Positions 39,363-48,895 of a stretch of 64,000 nt of DNA are shown here, in pieces. A model generated the notes under the pieces. It searched no databases, had not been told where the DNA came from, and saw only the letters and a program-made list of their open reading frames with translations. The translations under genes and the position numbers were made by a program. Every line of letters starts with the position of its first letter. Positions within the stretch are counted from its first letter, which is position 1. The DNA lies in assembly GCA_963662265.2 (NCBI GenBank), contig CAXXHA010000010.1, forward strand, positions 192,001 through 256,000, read 5' to 3'. The DNA is from Spirochaetia bacterium (GTDB lineage: Bacteria; Spirochaetota; Spirochaetia; CADAEX01).

Positions 39363-40472
39363 TTAATTCCCTGACATATCCTTAAAAACACTTTCCAGAA
39401 CTTTTACAAAAGCCCTGCAGTCATCAGGAAAAATCAGACCCATATTTGCTATCTGAAACATGTTTTTCTCGAGAAAAGGCCCTTTTCCCAGATATAACAC
39501 ATATCCTTCCTCTTCCATTCTATCAATAAAATCATGTACAGGAATCGAATCCGGAAGAAAAACAGATGTTACTGTATTTGATGAAACTTTATCATCAAGA
39601 AGAACTTTAAGCCCCATATCTGCAACATACTTTCTGATTATTCCGGCATTTTCTCTGTATCTTGCAATACGTCTGTCCATCCCCTCTTCCAGCAGTTCCC
39701 TGACTGACTCAAGAAATGTATTAAACATAACAACTGACGGCGTATTAAGTGTCTGGTTGATTGATTCAGCAAGCTCTATATGCTTCTGAAGCCTCAGATA
39801 TGTATTTCTTACAGGTGTATTCGCAATTTCGCTGATTCTCTCTCTTTTTGTAATAACAAAAGAAGCACCCGGCTGTCCTCCGACCGCTTTATTGGGAACT
39901 CCTGTACAGAAATCAACACTCCAGTCATCAAGATAAATAGCTTCTCCCCCTACCGCACTTACTGCATCCAGATGGAAAAGAACATTATATTTTTTTGTAA
40001 GCTCAGAAACTTCCTTAACCGGGTTAATCATACCGGAACTTGTTTCATGCATAACCATCAGCAGATGTGTAATTGAAGAATCATTTTTAAGAGCATCTTC
40101 AATTTTGCTGATATCAGGATATCCCCCCCAGTCAAAATCCAGTACTGTGTTGGAAATACCGTAGCAATCAACAAATTTTGCAAGCCTGCTTCCAAATTCA
40201 CCATTGCTGATAACAAGAGCCTTTGAATCTTCCGAAAAAACAGAAGAGATGACACATTCATTGGCAGCACTTCCAGAACCTGTAAGTACAACCGAAGAAT
40301 AGTTTTCTTCAGAAGCATTAACAATTTTAAGAATACCCTGTCTTAATTCAGAATATATTTTTTCAAAATCTCCCCTTCGATGACACAAATCAGGGATTAA
40401 CGCCGCATTTTTTACTTTATCAGTAGTTAATACCGGCCCCGGGGCAAATAAGTATTTTTTTTGCATTATCAC
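39363..40472 (-). CDS. Class V PLP-dependent enzyme, PhnW-like
   Basis: APGP, GSGSAANE, NGEFG, HETSSGMINP, DAVSAVGG, PNK (PLP Lys), YLGK. Confidence 0.9.
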   Translation of the reverse strand: MIMQKKYLFAPGPVLTTDKVKNAALIPDLCHRRGDFEKIYSELRQGILKIVNASEENYSSVVLTGSGSAANECVISSVFSEDSKALVISNGEFGSRLAKFVDCYGISNTVLDFDWGGYPDISKIEDALKNDSSITHLLMVMHETSSGMINPVKEVSELTKKYNVLFHLDAVSAVGGEAIYLDDWSVDFCTGVPNKAVGGQPGASFVITKRERISEIANTPVRNTYLRLQKHIELAESINQTLNTPSVVMFNTFLESVRELLEEGMDRRIARYRENAGIIRKYVADMGLKVLLDDKVSSNTVTSVFLPDSIPVHDFIDRMEEEGYVLYLGKGPFLEKNMFQIANMGLIFPDDCRAFVKVLESVFKDMSGN

Positions 40473-40533
40473 TCCATAATTTGCAGCATTATTTTAAAAA
40501 CAATGCTGCTATATATTCTACAACGAATAATAA

Positions 40534-40620
40534 TATTTATTTATGTATAATAATAAATATACTAAAGGGATTTTGTCAAGATATATTCATTTTTAGATAT
40601 CGTTATTTATTTATGTATAA
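40534..40620 (-). promoter_or_regulatory. Promoter TTGACA-N18-TATTAT flanked by two exact 17-bp direct repeats
   Basis: -35 at 40579-40574; repeats tatttatttatgtataa at 40534 and 40604. Confidence 0.55.
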
Positions 40621-40732
40621 AGATGTATCGATATATACCAAATCCCGGTTCTATATGCTCTTCTCTACCTGATTAGGGCCTTATAATGCTGTCAGATCAC
40701 TATCTCCTGCTTACTTCAAAACAGGGGACTTG

Positions 40733-40808
40733 TGCCTGTTACTTTCACAGGCATAAAAAAAGCGCTGATCAGATGACCAGCGCTTTTGTATATCCCCGTA
40801 CACCGGGG
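40733..40808 (-). terminator. Three tandem hairpins including the bmp terminator
   Basis: tgcctgt/acaggca; aaaagcgctg/cagcgctttt with a minus-strand T-tract; ccccg/cgggg. Confidence 0.75.
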
Positions 40809-40827
40809 TATTCATATTATTAAATTT

Positions 40828-42027
40828 CTAGTTGGTTTTAGGAAGCTTTGATGCAACATTATCCACATAATACATTATAGAAAGAAGGTGGTCCTTATCA
40901 CCTCTCTCCCCTTCAGCAATCTGCAGGTTACCTTCATTGTCATAAACCGGGCCGTCATAAGGATCAAACTCGGGATTTTCCTGCTGCATCTGCTCGAGTC
41001 TTTTCTTGACAAGATCAAGAATGGATATTTCACCGAAATCCTTGCTGTTTGTCATGATACCTGCAAGGTCATCAATAAATTTGCTGTTGATCTGTTCTTC
41101 GAAATTTCCTCCAAGAGCTACAGCTTTTTTATTTACAAGCCACCAGAGATCTTCACTCTTCCAGTTTCCTTCGTAGAGATCTTTAAAGATTTTTTCATAC
41201 ATTACACCCCAGTTTGCAAGGTGACCGGAAACAACACTGTCTTCGCCGTACTGCTGCATAGGGCTGTAATGGCTGAATGTATAAATCTGGTTTCCTTTTT
41301 CTGTATGCTCCTGGCCTACTTCAATTACAGCAGGTGTATCTTCTGTAAAAGCAAGTGTATCACAGCCTTCTGCAATAAGAGCTTCAGCAGCTTCTCTGGC
41401 CTTGTCAGGTCCGTACCAGGAATAGATCCATTTTACATAAACTTTGGCTTCCGGATTGACTTCCTTGATACCACGGGAAAAAGCATTTATATGTCTGTAA
41501 AGTTCAGGAATAGGGAAAGCAGCAACATATCCGATTTTATTGCTTTTAGAAAGGGAACCAGCCATGAGTCCATTCAGGTAATACATCTGGTAGAGGTCTC
41601 CATAATATGTACCAACATTTTCAGACTGCTTGAAACCGGAACAGTGCATGAATTTTGTATCGGGATATTTTTCTCCTGCAGCAATAGTATCATCCATATA
41701 ACCGAAACTTGTTGTAAAAACAATATCGCATTTTTCTTCCTGTACAAATCTGTCTATAATTCTTGAACTGTCAGATTCAGCAACACTTTCAACATATACT
41801 GTATCAAGCCATGGAAATTTTGATTCTGCATACTCTTTGCCGACATGGTGGGCATATGACCATCCATAGTCCCCTACAGGGCCTACATAAACAAATCCGG
41901 CCTTTATTCTTTTTTCCTCAGCAGCTGCAGCGCTTTTTTCCTCTTTTTTACAGCCTGTCACAGCTAAAACACTTAATGCAATTATCATTATTAAAACTAT
42001 TTTAGATAATGCTTTCCCCATTTTCAT
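40828..42027 (-). CDS. BMP family ABC substrate-binding lipoprotein (nucleoside type)
   Basis: VTGC lipobox, YVGPVGDYGW, TSFGYMD, INAF, SWYGP. Confidence 0.95.
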   Translation of the reverse strand: MKMGKALSKIVLIMIIALSVLAVTGCKKEEKSAAAAEEKRIKAGFVYVGPVGDYGWSYAHHVGKEYAESKFPWLDTVYVESVAESDSSRIIDRFVQEEKCDIVFTTSFGYMDDTIAAGEKYPDTKFMHCSGFKQSENVGTYYGDLYQMYYLNGLMAGSLSKSNKIGYVAAFPIPELYRHINAFSRGIKEVNPEAKVYVKWIYSWYGPDKAREAAEALIAEGCDTLAFTEDTPAVIEVGQEHTEKGNQIYTFSHYSPMQQYGEDSVVSGHLANWGVMYEKIFKDLYEGNWKSEDLWWLVNKKAVALGGNFEEQINSKFIDDLAGIMTNSKDFGEISILDLVKKRLEQMQQENPEFDPYDGPVYDNEGNLQIAEGERGDKDHLLSIMYYVDNVASKLPKTN

Positions 42028-42207
42028 AACACATTTCTCCTTTAAGGTTTATAAATCAACGTAAAATGAGTAGGAATTTTTGTCAATAGAAATCAATAAT
42101 TCTTTATATACATGGGAAATAATTTAAAAAAAAAGCAAAATACATGTCTGCCGGGAAACAGGAGAATATACCGGTCTCCGGCAGCCTGAACTGTCAGAAA
42201 AAATCTG

Positions 42208-44151
42208 TCAGTCTGCCGATGATACAGTAATTCCCCCGAATATCTTTTCCGCTTCCCAGTCATATCCTGCATAAGCTGAAAAGATAACCGAGGTCAATCC
42301 TATAAATGAGACATCAAAATCAAGGGACATCCCTGTAGATATACCGTCATCATCTCTCTGAAAATAATCACAGAAAGCTGATGCCTCAATATCTTTTACA
42401 ATAAGAATTTCCCCGAGAGAGATATCTGAATCTGCAAAGAAAGAGAAGTTGTTGTTTGTAACAATTATTCTGTCAAACCTGCCGTCTACCGAATATCCCC
42501 TGAGCCCGTCATTTCTGTAAAGCTCAAGAGTATCACTGCTATCCAGAGGCATCCTGACAGTTGTTTTCTGCCTTATCCCGAAATGATCAGTAAACCTGAT
42601 CTTGAAATTATCCCTGAATCCCATACCGGCAACAGATGTTTCACTGCCGATTTTCCCGTCCCCTTCATTGAACCAGAATCCGGAAAGGTAATAATCACCT
42701 CTTGCAAAATAGAGATCAAGCCCGGATCTGAGCATTGATTTTTCTATCTCATAGGACGGATCAAATTCCGACTCAAATACAGCAAAGGGAAGGATAGAAG
42801 TTTCCAGGGATGATGAAAGATTGAAATCTCCTCTCCCGTAATAATAGGAATATTCATAATCAAAATCTTCCCAGTTAAACAGCATCCTGTTCTTGAAACG
42901 GAGGAAATCAAAAAGGACAAAATTAAGCCTGTTGTCAAATCCGGCATTTTCTCCTCCCCAGTATTCACTCACCGATGCTTCAAGATACCTGTATTCAAGT
43001 TTCTGCCTTAGATTGAGATAATTTATATCGTTAAGAAAATAATCATCTGCTGTTCCGCTGTACATCTGGAACCCTCCGGAGAAAGAGAAGGAAGGATCTT
43101 TCTGCGGAATGAATGATGTTTTTATATATTTTTTTCTGCTTATTTCATAACGCTTTTCAACAGACTTTCTTTCCTCAGAGAGAATCTTTATCATATTCAC
43201 ATTTCTGTTTTCAGATAAATTTATGGTTAAATCAGGCGGAAGCTCTGAAAGGGCGTGTTCAGCAGATTCATAGCCTATTTTTGAAAGTTCATCCATTTTC
43301 TGAAAAGCCATGAATGAATAATTCTCTACATTACATCTTATAAGAACCGGTTTGAGTGTCTTCAGCTGATAAACACCTTTCCGGGTTTTTCCAATGTCAA
43401 AAGCCCTGTTGATTACAGAAGTAAAGCTGTTGAAGCTGCTTTCAAGATTATAGAGTGCAGTTGAGACAATAATCCTGTCTGTATACTTTGCCGCGCCGTC
43501 AACAGGGACTAAATTCGTCACTCCCCCGTCAATAAGCTTCATACCGTTATACTCAACAGGAGGGAAACTGAAAGGCATTGAAATACTGCCCTGAAGGACT
43601 TTATAAAAATCTCCTTCCATAAAAACTATCTGTCTTCTGGAAACAAGATCCTCTGAAATAATAGCAACAGGTATTTTTAGATCTTTTATATCAATATCGC
43701 CCAGAACTTCGTAAAGAACAGAAATGAACCGGCCGGAATCCAGAACTCCCCCGTCTACTGGCATTTTCAACTGGAAAAGCTCCTTTGTATCATAATCAAG
43801 CATCATCTGCTGAATCATGTCGGGAGAAAATCCCGCAGCATAGAGAAGAGCCACAACTGATCCCATGGAATTTGCAACAATAAAATCAGGGTATATGTTT
43901 TCAGCTTCAAGTTTTTTAAGAACACCTATATGTGCAAAAGCTCTTGCCGCTCCGCCTGAGAAAACAAGACCGAGAGGTTTTTCACCTGTTTCATGGCAGT
44001 TTATCCTCTTCCTGAAATTTTCCTCGCCATAATATACAGGCTGATCAGTAAGATAAAGATCCCCGTTCAGCGTCGTATAATCAAAAGCTTCAGAAAAAGC
44101 AAGACTGCATAAAATAAAGAAGATAAGTATAATAAATGTGTTTTTTTTCAT
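42208..44151 (-). CDS. Patatin-like phospholipase with probable C-terminal beta-barrel
   Basis: Signal peptide; SGGAARAFAHIG; ANSMG; DGG; aromatic alternating strands in the C-terminal half. Confidence 0.8.
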   Translation of the reverse strand: MKKNTFIILIFFILCSLAFSEAFDYTTLNGDLYLTDQPVYYGEENFRKRINCHETGEKPLGLVFSGGAARAFAHIGVLKKLEAENIYPDFIVANSMGSVVALLYAAGFSPDMIQQMMLDYDTKELFQLKMPVDGGVLDSGRFISVLYEVLGDIDIKDLKIPVAIISEDLVSRRQIVFMEGDFYKVLQGSISMPFSFPPVEYNGMKLIDGGVTNLVPVDGAAKYTDRIIVSTALYNLESSFNSFTSVINRAFDIGKTRKGVYQLKTLKPVLIRCNVENYSFMAFQKMDELSKIGYESAEHALSELPPDLTINLSENRNVNMIKILSEERKSVEKRYEISRKKYIKTSFIPQKDPSFSFSGGFQMYSGTADDYFLNDINYLNLRQKLEYRYLEASVSEYWGGENAGFDNRLNFVLFDFLRFKNRMLFNWEDFDYEYSYYYGRGDFNLSSSLETSILPFAVFESEFDPSYEIEKSMLRSGLDLYFARGDYYLSGFWFNEGDGKIGSETSVAGMGFRDNFKIRFTDHFGIRQKTTVRMPLDSSDTLELYRNDGLRGYSVDGRFDRIIVTNNNFSFFADSDISLGEILIVKDIEASAFCDYFQRDDDGISTGMSLDFDVSFIGLTSVIFSAYAGYDWEAEKIFGGITVSSAD

Positions 44152-44157
44152 AAAAAG

Positions 44158-45363
44158 CTAAATCAGAGAAGATCCTTCAGAAGAAACATTTATATTAAAA
44201 ATCTTAAGTACAGTAGCCGCAATATCTGCAAAGGACTCTCTTATTCCCCCGTTATTCTTTTCAATGCTGTCCCCGCTTATTTGATCAGTAACACCCTTTC
44301 TGTAAAAAAGGATAGGTACATATTCTCTTGTGTGATCAGTTCCTTTAAAAGAGGGATCACAGCCGTGGTCAGCAGTGATGATAAGGACATCTTTTTCAGA
44401 AAGAAGAGATACAACTTCATCTATTCTACTGTCTATTTCTGCAACAGCATCATGATAACCCTGAATATCTCTCCGGTGTCCGTATTTCATATCTGTATCA
44501 ACTAGATTAACAAAAATCAACCTGTCAGAAGCCTCTTTATGCTTTAAAAGGTCAACTGTTCTGTCCATGCAGAGGAGATTTCCCTTATCATGGTAACTTT
44601 CATCAATTCCCTGTTCATTGAAAATATCGCCTATTTTGCCGACAGCAACTGTTTTAACACTGTTCTCTGACAGATGATCAAGCATTGTTTTTCCGGGAAG
44701 AGGAATACTGAAGTCCCGCCTTCTCTCAGTCCTTGTAAAACCGCCAGAGCTGTTTCCAATAAACGGACGGGCAATAACACGCCCTACCATGAAGTCATCA
44801 CATATTACCCTGCTTTTCTCACAGATCTCATAGAGCTTATCAACAGGAATAACATCTTCATGGGCAGCTATCTGCAAAACAGAATCGGAAGAAGTATAAA
44901 TTATCGGATACCCTGTTTTTATATGCTCGTCTCCGAGCTCCTGTATAATCTGCGTACCGGAGGCTGCCCTGTTTCCAAGATACCCCGGGCATACATCTTT
45001 TACAAAACGATCGAGAAGCTCCTCAGGGAAGGAGGGATAATCAGGGGGAAAAGTTCTGAATGCCTTATCAAGGACAGTTCCCGCAATTTCCCAGTGCCCG
45101 GTTGTTGTGTCTTTTCCGGGCGACTTTTCAGCAGCAGCAGCATATAAAGATACTGGATTATTATCAGGTCCGCACCCGGGAAGAGAATTTCCAAGGAGCA
45201 TTGAAACATTGCCGAGTCCCATTTTTTTAAGAGCAGGCCACTTAACCTCTTTTACATTTTCACATATATGAAGGGCAGTATTTGATCCCCTGTCCCCGTA
45301 TTTATCAGCATCAGGCAATTCCCCAATACCGAAACTGTCTATAACAAGAATTACTGCATCCAT
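44158..45363 (-). CDS. deoB: Phosphopentomutase
   Basis: DSFGIG, GKDTTTGHWE, YGHRRD, TADHGCDP, TDHTRE. Confidence 0.97.
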   Translation of the reverse strand: MDAVILVIDSFGIGELPDADKYGDRGSNTALHICENVKEVKWPALKKMGLGNVSMLLGNSLPGCGPDNNPVSLYAAAAEKSPGKDTTTGHWEIAGTVLDKAFRTFPPDYPSFPEELLDRFVKDVCPGYLGNRAASGTQIIQELGDEHIKTGYPIIYTSSDSVLQIAAHEDVIPVDKLYEICEKSRVICDDFMVGRVIARPFIGNSSGGFTRTERRRDFSIPLPGKTMLDHLSENSVKTVAVGKIGDIFNEQGIDESYHDKGNLLCMDRTVDLLKHKEASDRLIFVNLVDTDMKYGHRRDIQGYHDAVAEIDSRIDEVVSLLSEKDVLIITADHGCDPSFKGTDHTREYVPILFYRKGVTDQISGDSIEKNNGGIRESFADIAATVLKIFNINVSSEGSSLI

Positions 45364-45513
45364 ATTCCGCCGCCTTATCCATAGTATTTTAAATAAATTA
45401 TTATGCCTTTCTTACCAATTAAGTTTAATACAATTAATTTAATAAATTTCAGATGACAGGTAAATGAGAATTTCTTTTCAGTTGAACTGATTTTTTCTTA
45501 AGATATAGAATAT

Positions 45514-46821
45514 TTACTCATCCAGTATTGTATATATGAGCGGCAGTTCATCCGGCTGCTCAGCCCCTATTTTATAGGCATCAAGAAACCGGCGGACAGC
45601 AGCATCAAGGTTTGTCCCGTCATTCACATGGAAATCAGCAATCACATCACCTTTTTCCACATATTCCCCCAGTCTTTTTCTCAGCCATATTCCGACTGAA
45701 TGATCTATCTCATCCTCTTTCCTGACACGGCCGGCGCCGAGAAGCATTGCAGAGTACCCTACCTCGGGAGTGTTTATCTCCCTGATATAGCCGCTTTCTG
45801 CAGCTTTAACAGGAATTATTTCCGAAGCCCGGGGAATAAGCGATATATCATTGACAATATCAGGATTTCCCCCCTGTGCTTCTATCATCTGCGCAAGTTT
45901 AAAAAGAGCTTTCCCTGATTTTAAAGCATCCTCAAGCATATCAACCGCACTGCTTTCTGTATCGCAGATACCTGATGAAATCAGCATGCGGGAGGCAAGA
46001 GTAAAAGCAACAACTTTAAGATCTGATTCATACTGACCCTGGAGGATTTCAACAGCTTCCCTCACTTCAAGTGTATTTCCCACACTGAAACCCAGAGGCT
46101 GGTTCATATCAGTTACCACCGCAATAGTTTTCCGTCCTGCAAGCTTCCCGATATCAACCATTGATTCGGCAAGCCTGATAGAATCGCTTATCCGGTTCAT
46201 GAATGCCCCGTTGCCGGTTTTAATATCCAGGACAATTGCATCGCTTCCCGATGCAATTTTTTTGCTCATAATACTCGATGCAATAAGCGAGATATTATCG
46301 ATAGTTCCTGTAACATCCCTCAAAGCATAGAGTTTCTTGTCTGCGGGAACAAGGTTATCTGTCTGGCCTATAACAGAAAGACCTATTTCAGATACAGTTC
46401 TGATAAATTTATCCATACTCTGCATAACGGAAAACCCGGGTATTGATTCAAGCTTATCCAGGGTTCCCCCGGTATGCCCGAGTCCCCGACCCGACATCTT
46501 TGCAACCTTGCCTCCGCAGGCAGCTACAAGAGGAGCAACAACAAGAGTAGTACCGTCACTCACCCCTCCTGTAGAATGTTTATCGACTTTAATACCCTCA
46601 ATCGCGGAGAGATCCACCTGGTCACCCGATTCTGCCATTGCAATTGTAAGGTCTGCAGTTTCCTGCCTGTCCATACCGCTGAACCATATTGCCATCAGAA
46701 GCGCTGATATCTGGTAATCAGGTATTGTTCCGTCAACATACCCGTTAATGAAAAAGCTGATTTCCTCTTTTGAAAGGGACTCTGAGTGTTTTTTCTTATT
46801 TAGCAAATCTGTTATAAGCAT
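45514..46821 (-). CDS. pdp: Pyrimidine-nucleoside phosphorylase
   Basis: DKHSTGGV, SGRGLGHTGGTLDKLE, YALRD, SIMSKK. Confidence 0.96.
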   Translation of the reverse strand: MLITDLLNKKKHSESLSKEEISFFINGYVDGTIPDYQISALLMAIWFSGMDRQETADLTIAMAESGDQVDLSAIEGIKVDKHSTGGVSDGTTLVVAPLVAACGGKVAKMSGRGLGHTGGTLDKLESIPGFSVMQSMDKFIRTVSEIGLSVIGQTDNLVPADKKLYALRDVTGTIDNISLIASSIMSKKIASGSDAIVLDIKTGNGAFMNRISDSIRLAESMVDIGKLAGRKTIAVVTDMNQPLGFSVGNTLEVREAVEILQGQYESDLKVVAFTLASRMLISSGICDTESSAVDMLEDALKSGKALFKLAQMIEAQGGNPDIVNDISLIPRASEIIPVKAAESGYIREINTPEVGYSAMLLGAGRVRKEDEIDHSVGIWLRKRLGEYVEKGDVIADFHVNDGTNLDAAVRRFLDAYKIGAEQPDELPLIYTILDE

Positions 46822-46920
46822 ACAGTAATTTTAAAGCCAATATCTCAGGAATTCAACTGCTGTTTTCCGATGACAACAAAAGATCCTTTAAACAGACAGG
46901 TATACAGAATATAATAGTTT

Positions 46921-47322
46921 TTATTTATGAAAGGATAATCCTTTTGTCATCCTGTCGATATGATTCTTTTTTCCGCACATGGCAATCCCTGCAAGATTTA
47001 AATCATCTGTTTTAAATAAACTGACTGACTTTCTGTTATCAGCATCGTTAAATGTCTGAAAGAGTTCCTGTGTAAAAATACTTATTACAACATCTTTATT
47101 TAAGCCCTTTTTTAAAATATCTTTTATGACTTCTCTTTCTGATGAATAAATCATTACTGGCTGACCGCTCATTGGAAGATATTCTATTCCGGAAGCATCA
47201 ACATAAGGATCACCGATTATATCCTGAGTAGCTATCCCGCTCATTAAAAATGCAGTAACATTCATTTTCTGCCATGTTAATAAATCTTCATCGATAATTA
47301 TTACTATTTTTGTATTTTCCAT
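46921..47322 (-). CDS. DUF2000 family protein
   Basis: TKIVIII, WQKMNVTAFLMSG; ATG 47322 after GAGGAG. Confidence 0.85.
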   Translation of the reverse strand: MENTKIVIIIDEDLLTWQKMNVTAFLMSGIATQDIIGDPYVDASGIEYLPMSGQPVMIYSSEREVIKDILKKGLNKDVVISIFTQELFQTFNDADNRKSVSLFKTDDLNLAGIAMCGKKNHIDRMTKGLSFHK

Positions 47323-47383
47323 TATGTAATTACTCCTCGGCTGCATGGACGAGCAGCAAGCTTTGCTTGCGACCAGTCCTTTT

Positions 47384-48160
47384 TCAGCTTATACATGAAA
47401 CATATTCTGATGCAGTAACACCGTAAATCCGTTTAAAATGCCTGTTAAGATGGGTAAGATCTGTAAAATCAAGTTCCGCAACAGCAGAGTATGCATCCCT
47501 GTATTTATCAAGAATGTCCCGCGCTTTCACAATCTTACTGTTTATATAATACTGATAGGGGGAAAGTCCCGATCCTGCCTTGAAAGCTCTTATAAACTGA
47601 TATTTTGATAATCCGAATTCATCAGAAATTCTGTCCAGCTTTAAAATTTCATTCAGGGAACTGTTAATTATCTCTTTTGATTTTTTTATAAGCCTGTCAT
47701 CTGAACCAATCCTCCGGCTTATCAGCGATCCGGAAAAATTATTCATCAGAGTTACAAGAGATTCGCTGCAGAGAGCATCCTCGTGTTCATAGATTACAGA
47801 TGATGTAAAATCCATAATATTTTTCATCAGTTTTCTGTCATGAATAATTGGATCAGAAAATTTCATCATTTCGGGAGATTCGCGAAGTTCGAGAAATTTG
47901 TCAGCCTTTATATAGACCATAACATAATCAAGCCTGTTCTGTTCCCATGACCAGCCATCATGCATTTCCTCGGGATTTATAAGCATTATACAGCTCTGTC
48001 TGGAAGACTGAAAACTTCCTGCAAGATTATAATTCTGCACTCCATGGAGAGTCACCCCGAAAGCATATTCCTCATGACAGTGTTTCTTATAACGAAAATC
48101 ACTTATACTTGCAGAGAGAACTGTAATACCATCGAATTTTTTATAGATAAACTTATCCAG
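47384..48160 (-). CDS. AraC family regulator (cupin + HTH), apparent CTG start
   Basis: HCHEEY, NPEEMHDG, SKYQFIRAFK, HLNRHFKRIYG. Confidence 0.9.
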   Translation of the reverse strand: MDKFIYKKFDGITVLSASISDFRYKKHCHEEYAFGVTLHGVQNYNLAGSFQSSRQSCIMLINPEEMHDGWSWEQNRLDYVMVYIKADKFLELRESPEMMKFSDPIIHDRKLMKNIMDFTSSVIYEHEDALCSESLVTLMNNFSGSLISRRIGSDDRLIKKSKEIINSSLNEILKLDRISDEFGLSKYQFIRAFKAGSGLSPYQYYINSKIVKARDILDKYRDAYSAVAELDFTDLTHLNRHFKRIYGVTASEYVSCIS

Positions 48161-48782
48161 AGAAATACCCCTTAATAATATCTGCAGCTCCAGAAACCGT
48201 AACAGCCGAATATGCAAGAAAAAAAGCCATAATCCGGTTCAAAGCTGTTCTGTATTTTATCATGACATTCCTGAACACTGTGCCGAATGCAACCCAGAGA
48301 ATGCAGGAAACAAATCCGATGCATGTTACAGCAGCAGCAAATAGAAGCTGTACTGATACAGATTTATAAAAAGGCATAACAAATGCCGGGAGAACTGTCA
48401 GTGTAAATATTACAACTTTTGGATTTAAATACTGCATCAGAACAGCTGAAATAAATGTACCTTTTCCAGATAAATCCGAACTTCCGGATTTATCTGTGTT
48501 TTCAGAAAACTTCATATTATAAATTTTCCAGGCAAGATAAAGCATATATGATGCTCCTGTGGCCTGCATAAGAGTAATAATCCATGGAAATGAATCAAGA
48601 AGTGCATTGCCAATAAATACAGATGAAAAAATCAGAGAGGCAAATGCAACTGTGACTCCGAGAGTAAATTCAAACCCTTTACCTGTTCCAGAATTATTTA
48701 CAGTTGAAAGGATCATAACAACAGCAGGACCCGGGGTAGCTGTTACAATAAAACAGTATAATATAAAGGATAAAATACTCAT
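48153..48782 (-). CDS. LysE family exporter
   Basis: TPGP, YMLYLAWKI, QYLNPK; start after AGGAG. Confidence 0.92.
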   Translation of the reverse strand: MSILSFILYCFIVTATPGPAVVMILSTVNNSGTGKGFEFTLGVTVAFASLIFSSVFIGNALLDSFPWIITLMQATGASYMLYLAWKIYNMKFSENTDKSGSSDLSGKGTFISAVLMQYLNPKVVIFTLTVLPAFVMPFYKSVSVQLLFAAAVTCIGFVSCILWVAFGTVFRNVMIKYRTALNRIMAFFLAYSAVTVSGAADIIKGYFSG

Positions 48783-48895
48783 TAAGCTGTCTCCTTTTTT
48801 ATCAAAATAATATGAATAAATTAAAGAAGCATAGTACATTATTGCAGCAGAAATTATTCTTTACTATTTCTATAAAATTCCTTAACTTTTTAATT

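Noticed and set aside
34512-40472. Plain glpK and phnW gene calls
   Set aside because: Key substrate residues differ and the usual partner genes are absent, so symbols were withheld.
40888-41766. 292-aa plus-strand ORF
   Set aside because: Antisense shadow of the bmp gene with no motifs.
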